A stretch of DNA of 62,243 nucleotides from a virus (Duplodnaviria; Caudoviricetes), in the IMG/VR virus record IMGVR_UViG_3300043408_000040, positions 1-62,243 of that record; one strand, 5' to 3'. Made by a program: the position numbers and the translations under genes. This document shows positions 43,959 through 54,400 of the stretch, piece by piece. The notes below the pieces were generated by a model. That model ran no database searches. It was not told where the DNA came from and saw nothing but the letters and a program-made list of their open reading frames with translations. How positions within the stretch are numbered: position 1 is the stretch's first letter; each line of letters starts with the position of its first letter.

Positions 43959-44467
43959 AAGCCAATTTCGACTCCGCCCTCAAGGCCATCCTACATCACG
44001 AAGGCGGCTACGTGGACAACCCCGCTGACCCGGGCGGGCGCACCAACCTTGGTGTGACCCAGAAAGTCTGGGAGGAGTGGGTGGGCCACCCCGTGGACGA
44101 GAAGCAGATGCGCGCGCTGACGCCTGAATTGGTGGGCCCCATGTACAAGGTTAAGTATTGGGACAAGGTCAAGGGTGACGATTTACCGACAGGTGTGGAC
44201 TACGCCGTGTTTGACGCGGCTGTGAACTCCGGCCCCGGCCGTGCCGCAAAGTGGCTGCAGGCGTGTGTAGGCGTTGACCCTGACGGCGGTATTGGCCCCA
44301 AGACGCTGGCTGCTGTGGCCAAGTTTGACCCCGCCGATCTGATCGAGGATTACGCCAAGCGGCGCCTGTCCTTCTTGATGGATTTGCCGCATTGGGGTAC
44401 ATTTGGCAAGGGCTGGAGCCGCCGCGTGGCGGAAGTGCAAACCGTAGCCTCGTCCATGACCGCGTGA
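43955..44467 (+). CDS. Endolysin, glycoside hydrolase family 108
   Basis: HEGGYVDNPADPGGRTNLGVT, FDAAVNSG, FGKGWSRR. Confidence 0.93.
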   Translation: MKANFDSALKAILHHEGGYVDNPADPGGRTNLGVTQKVWEEWVGHPVDEKQMRALTPELVGPMYKVKYWDKVKGDDLPTGVDYAVFDAAVNSGPGRAAKWLQACVGVDPDGGIGPKTLAAVAKFDPADLIEDYAKRRLSFLMDLPHWGTFGKGWSRRVAEVQTVASSMTA

Positions 44468-44475
44468 GGTAAACC

Positions 44476-46419
44476 GTGCCATTGCAAAAACTTCAGCTTC
44501 GCCCCGGCGTCAATCGAGAATCAACATCGCTGGCCAATGAGGGCACTTGGTTCGAGATGGACAAGGTGCGTTTTCGCTCGGGCTATCCCGAAAAGCTGGG
44601 CGGTTGGGACTTGGACACGGGTACTACGGTGAGTACGCTGAAACCCCCGGCCGGCTCGTATTGGGGTGTTTGCCGTTCATTGTGGAACTGGATCACACTG
44701 GCGGGATTCAACCTGATGGGTCTCGGCACCAACCTGAAATACTACATTCAGCAGACCTCCGGTGGCAGCTTCCACGACATCACACCCCTCCGTGAAGTGG
44801 CAACAGTTGGGTCAAATGCCTTCACCACAATCAACGGCTCCACCACGGTAGTGGTCAACGATACGGCGCACGGCGGCCAGACGGGTGATTTTGTGACGAT
44901 CTCCGGCGTGGCGGGTGCGGTCAACGGCATTCCTGCGGCAGCGCTGAATCTTGAGTTTCGCATGACGTACCTGACGTCGAACACTTACAGCATCACGGTT
45001 TCCGCGCCTGCCACGTCGTCGGGCACCGCTGGTGCGGCGACATTTTCGTATCAGATTTCCGTTGGCGGCGACATTTTCACGGTCGGTGTTGGCTGGGGTG
45101 CGGGCGGCTGGGGCGGAGATTCCAATGGCACATTGACTGGGTGGGGTTCTGCGGCCCCGGCGGGACTTGGTGTCGGCATCCAAATGCGCTTGTGGAGTCA
45201 GGCCAACTACGGGCAAGACCTTATCATCAACCCCCGTGGCGGCGCCTTGTATCTGTGGAAGGTCAACGCAAACCCTACTGTGTATGACCGCGCTGTTTTG
45301 CTCAGCTCAACGAGCCCCGCACCGTACACCACGGACACCTCCTGCCCGTCTGTGTGTAACGCAGTGGCCGTGTCAGACGCTTCGCGCTTTGTGCTGGCGT
45401 TTGGCTGCAACGACTACGGCGAGACGGCCATCGACCCTCTACTGGTGCGCTGGTCGGATCAGGAAAATTACAGCGTGTGGGCGCCTGCGGCAACCAATCA
45501 GGCCGGTAGCTACCGCCTGAGCACGGGTTCGTCCATTGTGGCCAACCTGCAGACCCGGCAGGAAATCTTGGTCTGGACCGATGCAGCGCTGTACTCCATG
45601 CAGTACCTTGGCCCACCTTACGTCTGGGGTTTCCAGATTCTGGGCAGCAACCTTTCTATCGCTGGGCCGAACGCCGTCGCCACGGCGGCAAACGTCACAT
45701 ACTGGATGGGGCTGGACAAGTTCTACATGTACTCCGGTCGTGTGGAGACTTTGTACTGCCCACTGCGACAGTACATCTTCGGCGACATCAACCTGCAGCA
45801 GCAGTACCAGTTCTTTGCCAGCACCAACGAAGGCTTCAACGAAATCTGGTGGTTCTACTGCTCGGCCAACTCCACGACCATTGACCGCTACGTGATTTAC
45901 AACCACTTGGAAAAAATCTGGTCTTACGGCAACATGGCGCGAACTGCTTGGGTGGACAGCCCCCTGCGGGACTACCCCGCCGCTGCTGGTTACAACGGCC
46001 AGCTGATCTACCACGAAGACGGCGTTGATGACGGCACCACAAACCCTCCAAGCCCGATCGAGTCGTACGTACAGTCTGCCGACATGAACATCGGTGATGG
46101 TCATAACTACGGCTTTGTCTGGCGCATGATCCCCGATGTGACGTTTGACGGCTCCTATGTGAACAATCCTGCAGTGACCATTACGCTGCGCCCACGGCAG
46201 AACCCCGGCTCCAACTACAGTGCTGCACCAACGCTCGAAGTCGCAAGTGCACAGAACTATCAGGGCCAGCGCAACTACGTTGTGCAGCAGTTCACCGAGA
46301 TTGTGTACACCCGCGTGCGCGGCCGGCAGATGGCGTTCAAGATTGCGTCCGATGGCCTCGGGGTGCAGTGGCAGCTTGGCGTGCCTTCGCTCGATTTGCG
46401 TCCTGATGGACGTAGGTGA
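44476..46419 (+). CDS. Tail nozzle / packaged-DNA stabilisation protein (P22 gp10-like)
   Basis: VRFRSGYPEKLGGW, VRWSDQE, YWMG, RPDGRR; synteny. Confidence 0.7.
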   Translation: MPLQKLQLRPGVNRESTSLANEGTWFEMDKVRFRSGYPEKLGGWDLDTGTTVSTLKPPAGSYWGVCRSLWNWITLAGFNLMGLGTNLKYYIQQTSGGSFHDITPLREVATVGSNAFTTINGSTTVVVNDTAHGGQTGDFVTISGVAGAVNGIPAAALNLEFRMTYLTSNTYSITVSAPATSSGTAGAATFSYQISVGGDIFTVGVGWGAGGWGGDSNGTLTGWGSAAPAGLGVGIQMRLWSQANYGQDLIINPRGGALYLWKVNANPTVYDRAVLLSSTSPAPYTTDTSCPSVCNAVAVSDASRFVLAFGCNDYGETAIDPLLVRWSDQENYSVWAPAATNQAGSYRLSTGSSIVANLQTRQEILVWTDAALYSMQYLGPPYVWGFQILGSNLSIAGPNAVATAANVTYWMGLDKFYMYSGRVETLYCPLRQYIFGDINLQQQYQFFASTNEGFNEIWWFYCSANSTTIDRYVIYNHLEKIWSYGNMARTAWVDSPLRDYPAAAGYNGQLIYHEDGVDDGTTNPPSPIESYVQSADMNIGDGHNYGFVWRMIPDVTFDGSYVNNPAVTITLRPRQNPGSNYSAAPTLEVASAQNYQGQRNYVVQQFTEIVYTRVRGRQMAFKIASDGLGVQWQLGVPSLDLRPDGRR

Positions 46420-46422
46420 CTT

Positions 46423-47061
46423 ATGGCCCGTCTAAATCTGACTCGGCCACCGTTCCTGCCCGTTGCGCCGCAGGACTACGATGCGCATTTCCACAACCAG
46501 CACAGCGATGTGCTGCGTTTGTACTTCAACCAGCTGGATAACACGCTGTCTTCCGTGCTGGCCCCTCGCGGCGGCAAGTGGTTGGACCTTCCTTACGCTG
46601 CGATTCAGCGAGACACCGACAAGACTTTTACGGCCAATACGGCCACGCAGATCACGTTCAACACCAACGACTTCCTGAACGGCTGCACAAACAACGGCAC
46701 GGACGGGATCGGCGTGTCGCAAAGCGGAATCTACAACTACCAGTTCAGCGTGCAGTTTGCCAATACTGACACCCAAATCCACGCGGCATGGGTGTGGTTG
46801 CGCAAGAATAACGTGGACGTTACGGGTACGGGCAGCCGGTTCGACATACCAGCCAAGCACGGAAGCAGTGATGGGTACCTGATCGCGGCTTGTAACTTTT
46901 ACGTGGAGCTGTCTGCCGGGGACACGGTTGAGATGATGGCGGCGGTAGGCAATGCAGGGGTGTACATGGAAGCCTACCCGGCCCAGACTACTCCGTTCGC
47001 ACGACCGTCCATCCCGTCGGTTGTGGCTACGCTGGCATTTGTGTCAAACACGCCCGCGTGA
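46423..47061 (+). CDS. Tail needle-like protein with C1q-like C-terminal domain
   Basis: LRLYFNQLD helix; GIYNYQFSVQF. Confidence 0.6.
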   Translation: MARLNLTRPPFLPVAPQDYDAHFHNQHSDVLRLYFNQLDNTLSSVLAPRGGKWLDLPYAAIQRDTDKTFTANTATQITFNTNDFLNGCTNNGTDGIGVSQSGIYNYQFSVQFANTDTQIHAAWVWLRKNNVDVTGTGSRFDIPAKHGSSDGYLIAACNFYVELSAGDTVEMMAAVGNAGVYMEAYPAQTTPFARPSIPSVVATLAFVSNTPA

Positions 47062-47095
47062 TAGACTCGATCAACCCCTTTTCTGCGAGGCCTGC

Positions 47096-48199
47096 ATGAG
47101 CTTCCCACCATATCAAAACCCCGGCATTGGCCCGATTCAGGCCATGTCCGATCAAAATGCAAACGAGACTCTGATGGCTAACGGCGGTCAGATGTTCGCT
47201 TCGGGCGGTATCGCCATGCTGGCTGACGGTGGCCTGAACGCGCTGCCCAAGTACAAGTACGACCCCAAGACACAGCGCTACACATTGGCAGACGCAGAGG
47301 CTGCTCCAAAGGCTGGCGGCCTAGAAAATTTGATCGCCCGTAGTGGCTCGGCTTCTGGCGGCGACAGCGTCCCCAGCTCGTGGTCAAGCATGACCAATGC
47401 GGAAAAAGCGGCATACTATGCGGACAACCCCACCATGGGAAAACTTGCTCGCGGCCTGCAAGCAGGGCTTGGCATGACGGGTTTGGGGGCTGTTGCCAAG
47501 TACCTCAACCCTCAAGGGTGGGGTGAGGCGGATGCTATTTCACGCGGTTTTGACCCGTCGCAGACCAGCTTTGGCCGGGAGTCCGCCTTGTTTGGTTTAC
47601 TGCCGGGACGCGAAGCAGTTCCGCAGCCGGGTGTGGACGCGTACGGTTACGGCGCCAGCGGCTACGGCTTTGCCAACCCAATGCAGGTTGAAGGCGGTAC
47701 TCAGGGCCCTATGTCTGGTGCAGCTTTTGGCGAGGCCGCGCCCAATCTAGCGGGCCTTGGCTCCGGATACGAAGGCATGGGCGGCGCCGGGATGTACAAC
47801 ACAAGCACCTACAACAGCTACAACCCGTCCGACAGTAGCGACGGTAGCGAGAGCGGAGGCGGTGTGGGCGCAGCCCAAGGCGGTTTGATGGCTTTGGCTG
47901 GCGGTGGGATGAGCCATTTGGGCGACTATTCTGATGGTGGGCGTTTGCTGCGGGGCCCCGGCGACGGCGTGTCCGACGACATCCCCGCGACAATTGGCGA
48001 CAAACGCCCCGCACGTCTCGCGGACGGAGAATTTGTGGTTCCTGCCCGTATTGTCTCGGAGCTGGGCAACGGCTCAACTGAGGCAGGCGCGCGGCAGCTT
48101 TACGCCATGATGGATCGCATCCAGAAAGCCCGAGGCAAGACGGTTGGCAAAGACAACGTGGCGGTAGACAGTCGCGCAGCGAAGCACCTACCTGTATGA
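47096..48199 (+). CDS. Internal virion protein
   Basis: Multiple xAxGG motifs; GPGDGVSDDIPA...LADGEFVVPA domain. Confidence 0.7.
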   Translation: MSFPPYQNPGIGPIQAMSDQNANETLMANGGQMFASGGIAMLADGGLNALPKYKYDPKTQRYTLADAEAAPKAGGLENLIARSGSASGGDSVPSSWSSMTNAEKAAYYADNPTMGKLARGLQAGLGMTGLGAVAKYLNPQGWGEADAISRGFDPSQTSFGRESALFGLLPGREAVPQPGVDAYGYGASGYGFANPMQVEGGTQGPMSGAAFGEAAPNLAGLGSGYEGMGGAGMYNTSTYNSYNPSDSSDGSESGGGVGAAQGGLMALAGGGMSHLGDYSDGGRLLRGPGDGVSDDIPATIGDKRPARLADGEFVVPARIVSELGNGSTEAGARQLYAMMDRIQKARGKTVGKDNVAVDSRAAKHLPV

Positions 48200-48600
48200 A
48201 ACTGCAATTCGTCCCTGTTGAGTGGGTGAACCAGACGTGGCCTCAAGTCGAGGCCTTTATCGCGTCTGCGCTGGAATACTCCAAGGGCGAATACACGGTC
48301 GAGCAAGCCAAGGTCATGGCAACAACAGGGCAGTGGCAGCTTCTGGTAGCGACAACCGAAGAAGGCATTGCCGGCGCCGCGCTGGTGCAGTTCTTCAACC
48401 GGCCGAATGACCGGGTCTGTTTCGTTGTAGCACTTGGTGGCAAGCTCATCATTGCAGCAGAGCCCTTTGAGCAGTTGAAAACTTACGCGGCCTCTATGGG
48501 GGCCACTTGTATTGAGGGCGCTGTGCGGGAATCTGTTGCACGCCTGTGGACACGGTACGGTTTCTCTGAGAAGTACCGAATTGGAGGAGTTAAATTATGA
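48196..48600 (+). CDS. GNAT-like protein preceding ejection genes
   Basis: WPQV..FI..AL...IEGAVRESVARLW..YGF; position typical of podoviruses. Confidence 0.6.
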   Translation: MKLQFVPVEWVNQTWPQVEAFIASALEYSKGEYTVEQAKVMATTGQWQLLVATTEEGIAGAALVQFFNRPNDRVCFVVALGGKLIIAAEPFEQLKTYAASMGATCIEGAVRESVARLWTRYGFSEKYRIGGVKL

Positions 48601-49646
48601 GCGGTGGCGGATCAACATCAACACAGTCCAACAGCATCTCCCCTTGGATGGAGGAGGCGGCCAAGACGCAGCTTGGCAAAGCCACGGCGCTGACGGACAT
48701 TAACCAGAACCCGTACCAGCAGTACGGCGGCCAGCGCATCGCGGAGTTCAATCCGATGCAGCAGCAATACTTCCAAGGCGTGCAGAACCTGCAGGGCTCC
48801 AGCGCTATCGGTCAAGGTATTGGCGCAGCAGGCGAAGCTACGCAGCGTGCACTCGGCACGTCGTACGGTGCTTACCAGCCCGGGCAGTTCGGCGCGCAGG
48901 CGGGGCAGTATATGGACCCGTACATGCAGAACGTGGTTGACATTCAACAACGTGAAGCACAGCGTCAGGCGGATATTGCGGGCACCCAACGTGGCGCGGA
49001 AGCCGTAAAGTCCGGTGCGTTTGGCGGCAGCCGTCAGGCCATTGTTGATGCAGAAGCTGCGCGCAACTTGGCCACGCAAAAGGGAGACATTCAGGCGCGT
49101 GGCTTGCAGGATGCTTACACCCAGGGCCAAACCCAATTCAACACTGAGCAGCAGCTCGGGGAGCAGTCGCGACAGTACGGTGCAGGCTTGGGGCTTCAGG
49201 GCTTGCAGACAGCGTTGTCCGGTGCATCGCAGTTGGGCGGTTTGGGTTCGACCCAGTTTGGCCAGCAAAAAGACATCCTCAGCGCACAACAGACCGCCGG
49301 CGCACAGCAGCAGGCTCAGGCGCAGGCCGGGCTCACACAAGGTTATGAAGACTTCCTTGCCAAGCAAAAGTACCCGTACCAGCAGTTGGAGTTCATGTCC
49401 AATATCGTGCGCGGCACGCCGTACGGATCAACCACATCTATGTATAGCCCCGGCGCGTCAACAGGCTCGCAGTTGTTGGGTGCAGGCACTTCTTTGGCCG
49501 GCGCAGCGATGCTGGGTGGCTGGAAACCCTTTAACGAGGGCGGTTTGGCCACCGCATACGCCAAAGGCGGCTCAGTATCGGACGCCAAAGTCAAGCGTGA
49601 AACCAAGCGGTCTAGCCTGGTTGACTTGGCACTCTCGCAAATGTAA
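48597..49646 (+). CDS. DNA ejection / pilot protein
   Basis: Q/G-rich; YMDPYMQNVVD, GAFGGSRQ. Confidence 0.7.
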   Translation: MSGGGSTSTQSNSISPWMEEAAKTQLGKATALTDINQNPYQQYGGQRIAEFNPMQQQYFQGVQNLQGSSAIGQGIGAAGEATQRALGTSYGAYQPGQFGAQAGQYMDPYMQNVVDIQQREAQRQADIAGTQRGAEAVKSGAFGGSRQAIVDAEAARNLATQKGDIQARGLQDAYTQGQTQFNTEQQLGEQSRQYGAGLGLQGLQTALSGASQLGGLGSTQFGQQKDILSAQQTAGAQQQAQAQAGLTQGYEDFLAKQKYPYQQLEFMSNIVRGTPYGSTTSMYSPGASTGSQLLGAGTSLAGAAMLGGWKPFNEGGLATAYAKGGSVSDAKVKRETKRSSLVDLALSQM

Positions 49647-49654
49647 GGCTGATC

Positions 49655-51409
49655 ATGGTAAACATCGAGCAAATCACATCTACTCTGGCCAAGATGCCAG
49701 ACCAAGCCCTGCAGCGTTACGCCATGATGCATAAGGATGATCCTTACATCATGTCGCTGGCCGTGTCTGAGTCCAAGCGCCGCAAAGAAATGCGTGCAGC
49801 CGGACAGGCGCAAGCTATGCAGCCTCAGCCCAAGGTGGTTGACCAAGCTGTTTCTGATATGCGTCAAACGGCTCAACTTGCACCCAGCATGCCAGAAGAG
49901 CACGGCATCGGCGCACTGCCCGCCGCCCAACAAATGAACTTTGCTGATGGCGGCATCACTGGTTATGCTGGCGGTGGCAAGATGTATGAAACTCCATACG
50001 ATCGCATGAACCGAGAGAATCGTGAGGCTGCTGCTGCCGAGCAGGCCGCCCGAGAGACTCAAGCTGCAGAGCGCGGAGTGACGCCATATGGCGAGCAAAT
50101 GAGTCGCATGGGAAGTGCTTTTGCAAATATTCCGGGCGAGGTTTTGAAAACACTTGTAAGTGCTCCGGGTTACGGTTTGAGTAACATGATTGGCTCTGGC
50201 TCTTCTCAGCCAGCCGAGGTAGCTCCCGTGGCTCAGCCGCAATACAACCCGGCCGAAGCAACTCGTCGAAGCGCATACGAGCAAGGTGCTGCCAATATGG
50301 ATCAAGCGGCAGCAGCTCGTCCGGCCGCGGGCCAAATGGCTGCATATCAATCCGGCCCATCCGTGGCTCGTGCGCCTGCGGCCCCTGCGCAATCCATCGA
50401 AGATCGTTTCCTTGATTCTCAAAAGAGAATGACTGAGCAGCCAAATCCATTTGCAGCTCAAGAGTCCGCAATGTCGGATGAAGAGAAAAAACTGGCAGAG
50501 CAAAACCTGGCTGGCGTAAAGGCCTCGCAAGAAAAATTCAAAGATGCCTTTGCTGGCAGAGAAGCCCGCTTGAGTGAAAAAGCAAAAGAACTGGAAAAGT
50601 CCAAGGACACCAACACCGGCTTGGCATTCCTTGAGGCCGGCTTGGCCATGATGTCCACTCCGGGCGGATTGGCTACAGCTATCGGCAAAGGCGCACGCGA
50701 AGGTACTGCAAAGTATGCTGCCGGCATTGACAAGCTCCGCTCGGCTCAAGACAAGCTGGACGAGGCAAAAGATCGCATTGAAGAACTCAAGCTCAATCGC
50801 GCCGAATTGTCTGACAAAGAGCTGCGTGAAGCTGAACTCGGCATTCAAAAGACTGTTGTCAAGGGCAAGAGGGATGCGCTTGATGCATCTAAGGCCTTGT
50901 ACGGCAAACAGTCTGATCTGGCTAAGGATGTCACAAAAGCCACTATTGAGGTGGAGCAAAAAGCCTTGGATCGTGCGTCTCATGAGCGCACCGCCGGTGC
51001 TGCTGCCGCCATTGCCCGCAAATCTGAAGTTCAGTTCGTTAATGACTGGCTTGCAAAACCAGAGAACAAGGGCAAATCGTTCTCCGATGCGTATGCTGCA
51101 TTTAAGTCTGTCGGACCGGCTGCTGAGCGCAATGATATTACCGGCTTGAAATCTGTAAGAGCTGGGCTAAGCAAAGATCTCGAAGACTACAGGATCACGC
51201 CATCGGAGCGTGTGGCAAAGCAGGCTCGAATTGAAGAAATTGATAATCAAATTCTTTCTTTGTCTGGAGCTGCATCATCAAAATCAGCTCCAACTTCCGC
51301 CATGCCATTGCCAGCAAATGCCTCCGCAGACACTTTAAAGGTGGGAACCATTTACCAAACGGCAAAAGGTCCGGCAAAATGGACGGGTTCCGGGTTTTCG
51401 CCCATCTAA
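49655..51409 (+). CDS. Internal virion (ejection) protein
   Basis: Ala-rich helical; FADGG motif. Confidence 0.7.
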   Translation: MVNIEQITSTLAKMPDQALQRYAMMHKDDPYIMSLAVSESKRRKEMRAAGQAQAMQPQPKVVDQAVSDMRQTAQLAPSMPEEHGIGALPAAQQMNFADGGITGYAGGGKMYETPYDRMNRENREAAAAEQAARETQAAERGVTPYGEQMSRMGSAFANIPGEVLKTLVSAPGYGLSNMIGSGSSQPAEVAPVAQPQYNPAEATRRSAYEQGAANMDQAAAARPAAGQMAAYQSGPSVARAPAAPAQSIEDRFLDSQKRMTEQPNPFAAQESAMSDEEKKLAEQNLAGVKASQEKFKDAFAGREARLSEKAKELEKSKDTNTGLAFLEAGLAMMSTPGGLATAIGKGAREGTAKYAAGIDKLRSAQDKLDEAKDRIEELKLNRAELSDKELREAELGIQKTVVKGKRDALDASKALYGKQSDLAKDVTKATIEVEQKALDRASHERTAGAAAAIARKSEVQFVNDWLAKPENKGKSFSDAYAAFKSVGPAAERNDITGLKSVRAGLSKDLEDYRITPSERVAKQARIEEIDNQILSLSGAASSKSAPTSAMPLPANASADTLKVGTIYQTAKGPAKWTGSGFSPI

Positions 51410-51421
51410 TAGGAGTTTTCA

Positions 51422-54400
51422 ATGGCAAAAGAGTTTTCGCTGGAAGAAGCGCTTGGTACAAAAAAACAAACTGCCAATGAATTCTCACTGGAGGAGGCCC
51501 TTGGCAAGAAGCCTGAGCGCACCTACGGCGAAGCTGCTACCGACATTGGTGCCAAGTTTGTATCTGGCCTTGGCAGTCTGATTCAACAGCCTGGCCAGCT
51601 GTACGGCCTGGCTACTGGAGCCATCAAGGAAAAAGATTTCGGCACGACTGGCGCTCAAGGCATCGGCCAAGAAATGCAGGAATGGGCTAAAGAGCACACC
51701 TCCAAAGCGCTGCTGGCAAAAGAGGCCGAGACGGCTAGAAAGGCTCAAGAGGCCGAGAAGACTGGTGGCCAGTGGGCTGCATTCAAAGCTCAAGCTGGTG
51801 CCATGCTGTCTGATCCAGCCCAGTTGACGGCATTCCTCGCAGAGCAAACTCCGCAGGCAATTCCATCCATCATTGCCGCCCTGATTCCGGGTGCCGGTCC
51901 TGGTGTTGCTGCCGAGCTTCGTGCTGCTCAAGTTGCGGCGAAATCCGCCACCACTGTTGCTGCAAAAGAAGCCGCTGAAGCCGCTGTTGCAAGTGCTGTG
52001 CAAAAAGCCACGGCAAGCCAAGTCGCCCGAGGTGCTGCTGCAGCCAAGGGTGTTGGTGCGGTTCAGCAGGGTGCTGACATCGGTGCTGGCGCATACGAGG
52101 ATATTTACAAGAAGTTGATAGAGGGTGGCGCGTCAGAACCCGAGGCCGCCGACAAAGCGATCAACTTGGCTCGCGCCGCAGGTGTTGGCGGTGGTGCTTT
52201 GTCGTTGCTGGCTGCAAAGCTGCCCGGCGCACAGGCATTTGAGCGGGCCTTGGCTGGTGAGAAAATTGGCGCAAAAGGCATCCTTGGCAAGGCCGCCGCA
52301 ATTGGGGCTGGTGCCCTCAAAGAGATTCCCGGCGAGCAGTTTGAAGAGGTCGGTGGCAAGGCTCTGCAGAACTTGGCAATGCGTCAGGTTAATCCAGAGC
52401 AGTCGTTGACAGAAGGCCTTGGCATCACTGCCGCTCAAGCAGCCATTGGCGCTGCTGGCATGGGCGGTGTTGGTGGCGCCTTGAGCGGCCGACAGCCAGA
52501 AGCCGCTGCACGCACCACCACAACCACCGCAGAGCGATCACAGCCAGAGATTGCTCCAACGCCAGAAATGATGCAGGCTCAACTCGCAGAGCAAAAAGCT
52601 GTTGAGCTTGAAATGCAGCAGAACAAGCAGCGTGCGGCGATGGATCGCTCGGCCGAAAACATGATGGGCGGTGCAGGGCAAGCCAACCAAGAATTGCTAA
52701 CTCAGGCGCGAATTCGCAAAGAGCAACAAGAGCGCGCCGCTGCAGCGGAAGAAAAGGCCGCTGAAGCCGAACGCAAAAAAGCATTGCGTGCCGAGCGAGT
52801 AAGGATTGCTGGTACTCAGTACAGTAGCGATCCTGCACTCAACGAGGTTTTGCGCACCAAAGCCATTGCTGAATTTGATGCGGCGAATGCTCCAAAGGTT
52901 GAGGCACCAAAGATTCCGGAATTTCAGCCAACAAAGACCATCGAGCAGACCACTCCAATCGCCCAGCCTGAAGGCATCAACATTCTCAGGGGAATGGAGT
53001 CTCGCAATGCCGACTTGATGTCCGCGATCGGCGAGCGCCGTGCAGCAGAGCAAGCAACCGCAGAAGCAAAAGCCAGAACAGCTGAAGTCAAAAAAGCAGA
53101 GGAAACCAAGAAGGCTGAAGTTTCTCGTGCGGACGTTGACCAGCGTGTTGCTCAGGTTGAAAACTTCTTGATGTCTCCGGCAAAGAAGACTCAGCAAGAG
53201 ACAGCCGACTACATGGCTGGAGTTGTTCCAGAAATGCAAAAGGATTTCCTTGCGCTGCTGGATGAAGACATGAGTCAACCTCTGACGCCAGAGCAAACCA
53301 AAGCGCTGAAAGACCAAATTCGTCAACGCCTGCAACCAGAAGTGGCGGCCGAAGAGGATGTCCAGCGCACTCCGTTCAAGCGCTTCTTGGCATCGAAGGG
53401 CATGAACACCAAGGACGTTCAGGACATTTTTGGAGAGAACGCCTATCGCGCAAACCAGCAACTACCAGGCTCCGTTAGGGCAACCGGCCCTCGCCTGGAT
53501 ATGCTTGCGGAAGCCGCTGTGCAGGAGGGGTTTCTAAAAGAAGAGGATGTAGATCAGCTCGTCCAAATGATTAAGGATGAGTTTGGTGGAGAGCAGCAGA
53601 CCCCTGTTGGGATGGCTGATGAGCGAGCCGCATCGGAATATGAGGCCGAGCGCGAAAATGAGGTCATGAGTCGGGCTGGTGTTATTGGCCTTGATACCAA
53701 GGGCATGACTGTCGATGAGGTTGCAACTCGACTCGATCGAATCGAGCGCCAGCGTGAAGTCAAGCGCAAGCAGTATTCAAAAGATGTTGATGGCTTCGCT
53801 GATTTGCCGACGGCGGAACAGGATCGAATCATTGATGTAATGACCGATCGCTTTGGTGAGCCTCAAGTTTTTGATGTGGAGCGAGCCGAACAAGAGGGTC
53901 AGATTGTTCGAGAAAAAGGTCTTCCACCAGAAGGCCCGGCCACCGAAACTCTTGAGGCAAAAACAGAAAAGGGTGGATGGAAAATTGAGCCAGAAGAGCA
54001 GAGGATTGAGCGGGAATTGACTGGCAAGAACTTCATGCAAGTCGCTCAATGGGCTGTTGATAGTGCGCCCAATGCCTTCTATCGCACCATTGCAGAAAAA
54101 GTTCAGTCGCGCCTGCGTGAATATCAGCGCAAGGGTGTTGAGTTTGACTTCAAGCTGCACACCGGGACAACTCGCTCCAGCGGCATGCGCGGGCGAGCTG
54201 GCGCTGTTGAGTTCACTTGGGAGCGTCAGGGTTCGACCAAGGGCTCAAAAATGGAGATGCACCTTAACGGGGCTGCATCCATCAACAATCAATCCGGTTA
54301 TGCGCCGGGCGTTCAGTACGACACCATTCTTCATGAGTTGCTGCATGCCGCTCTGAGGACGCAAACAAGATTCCTGCCAGAGACGGATCAGCTCTACAAA

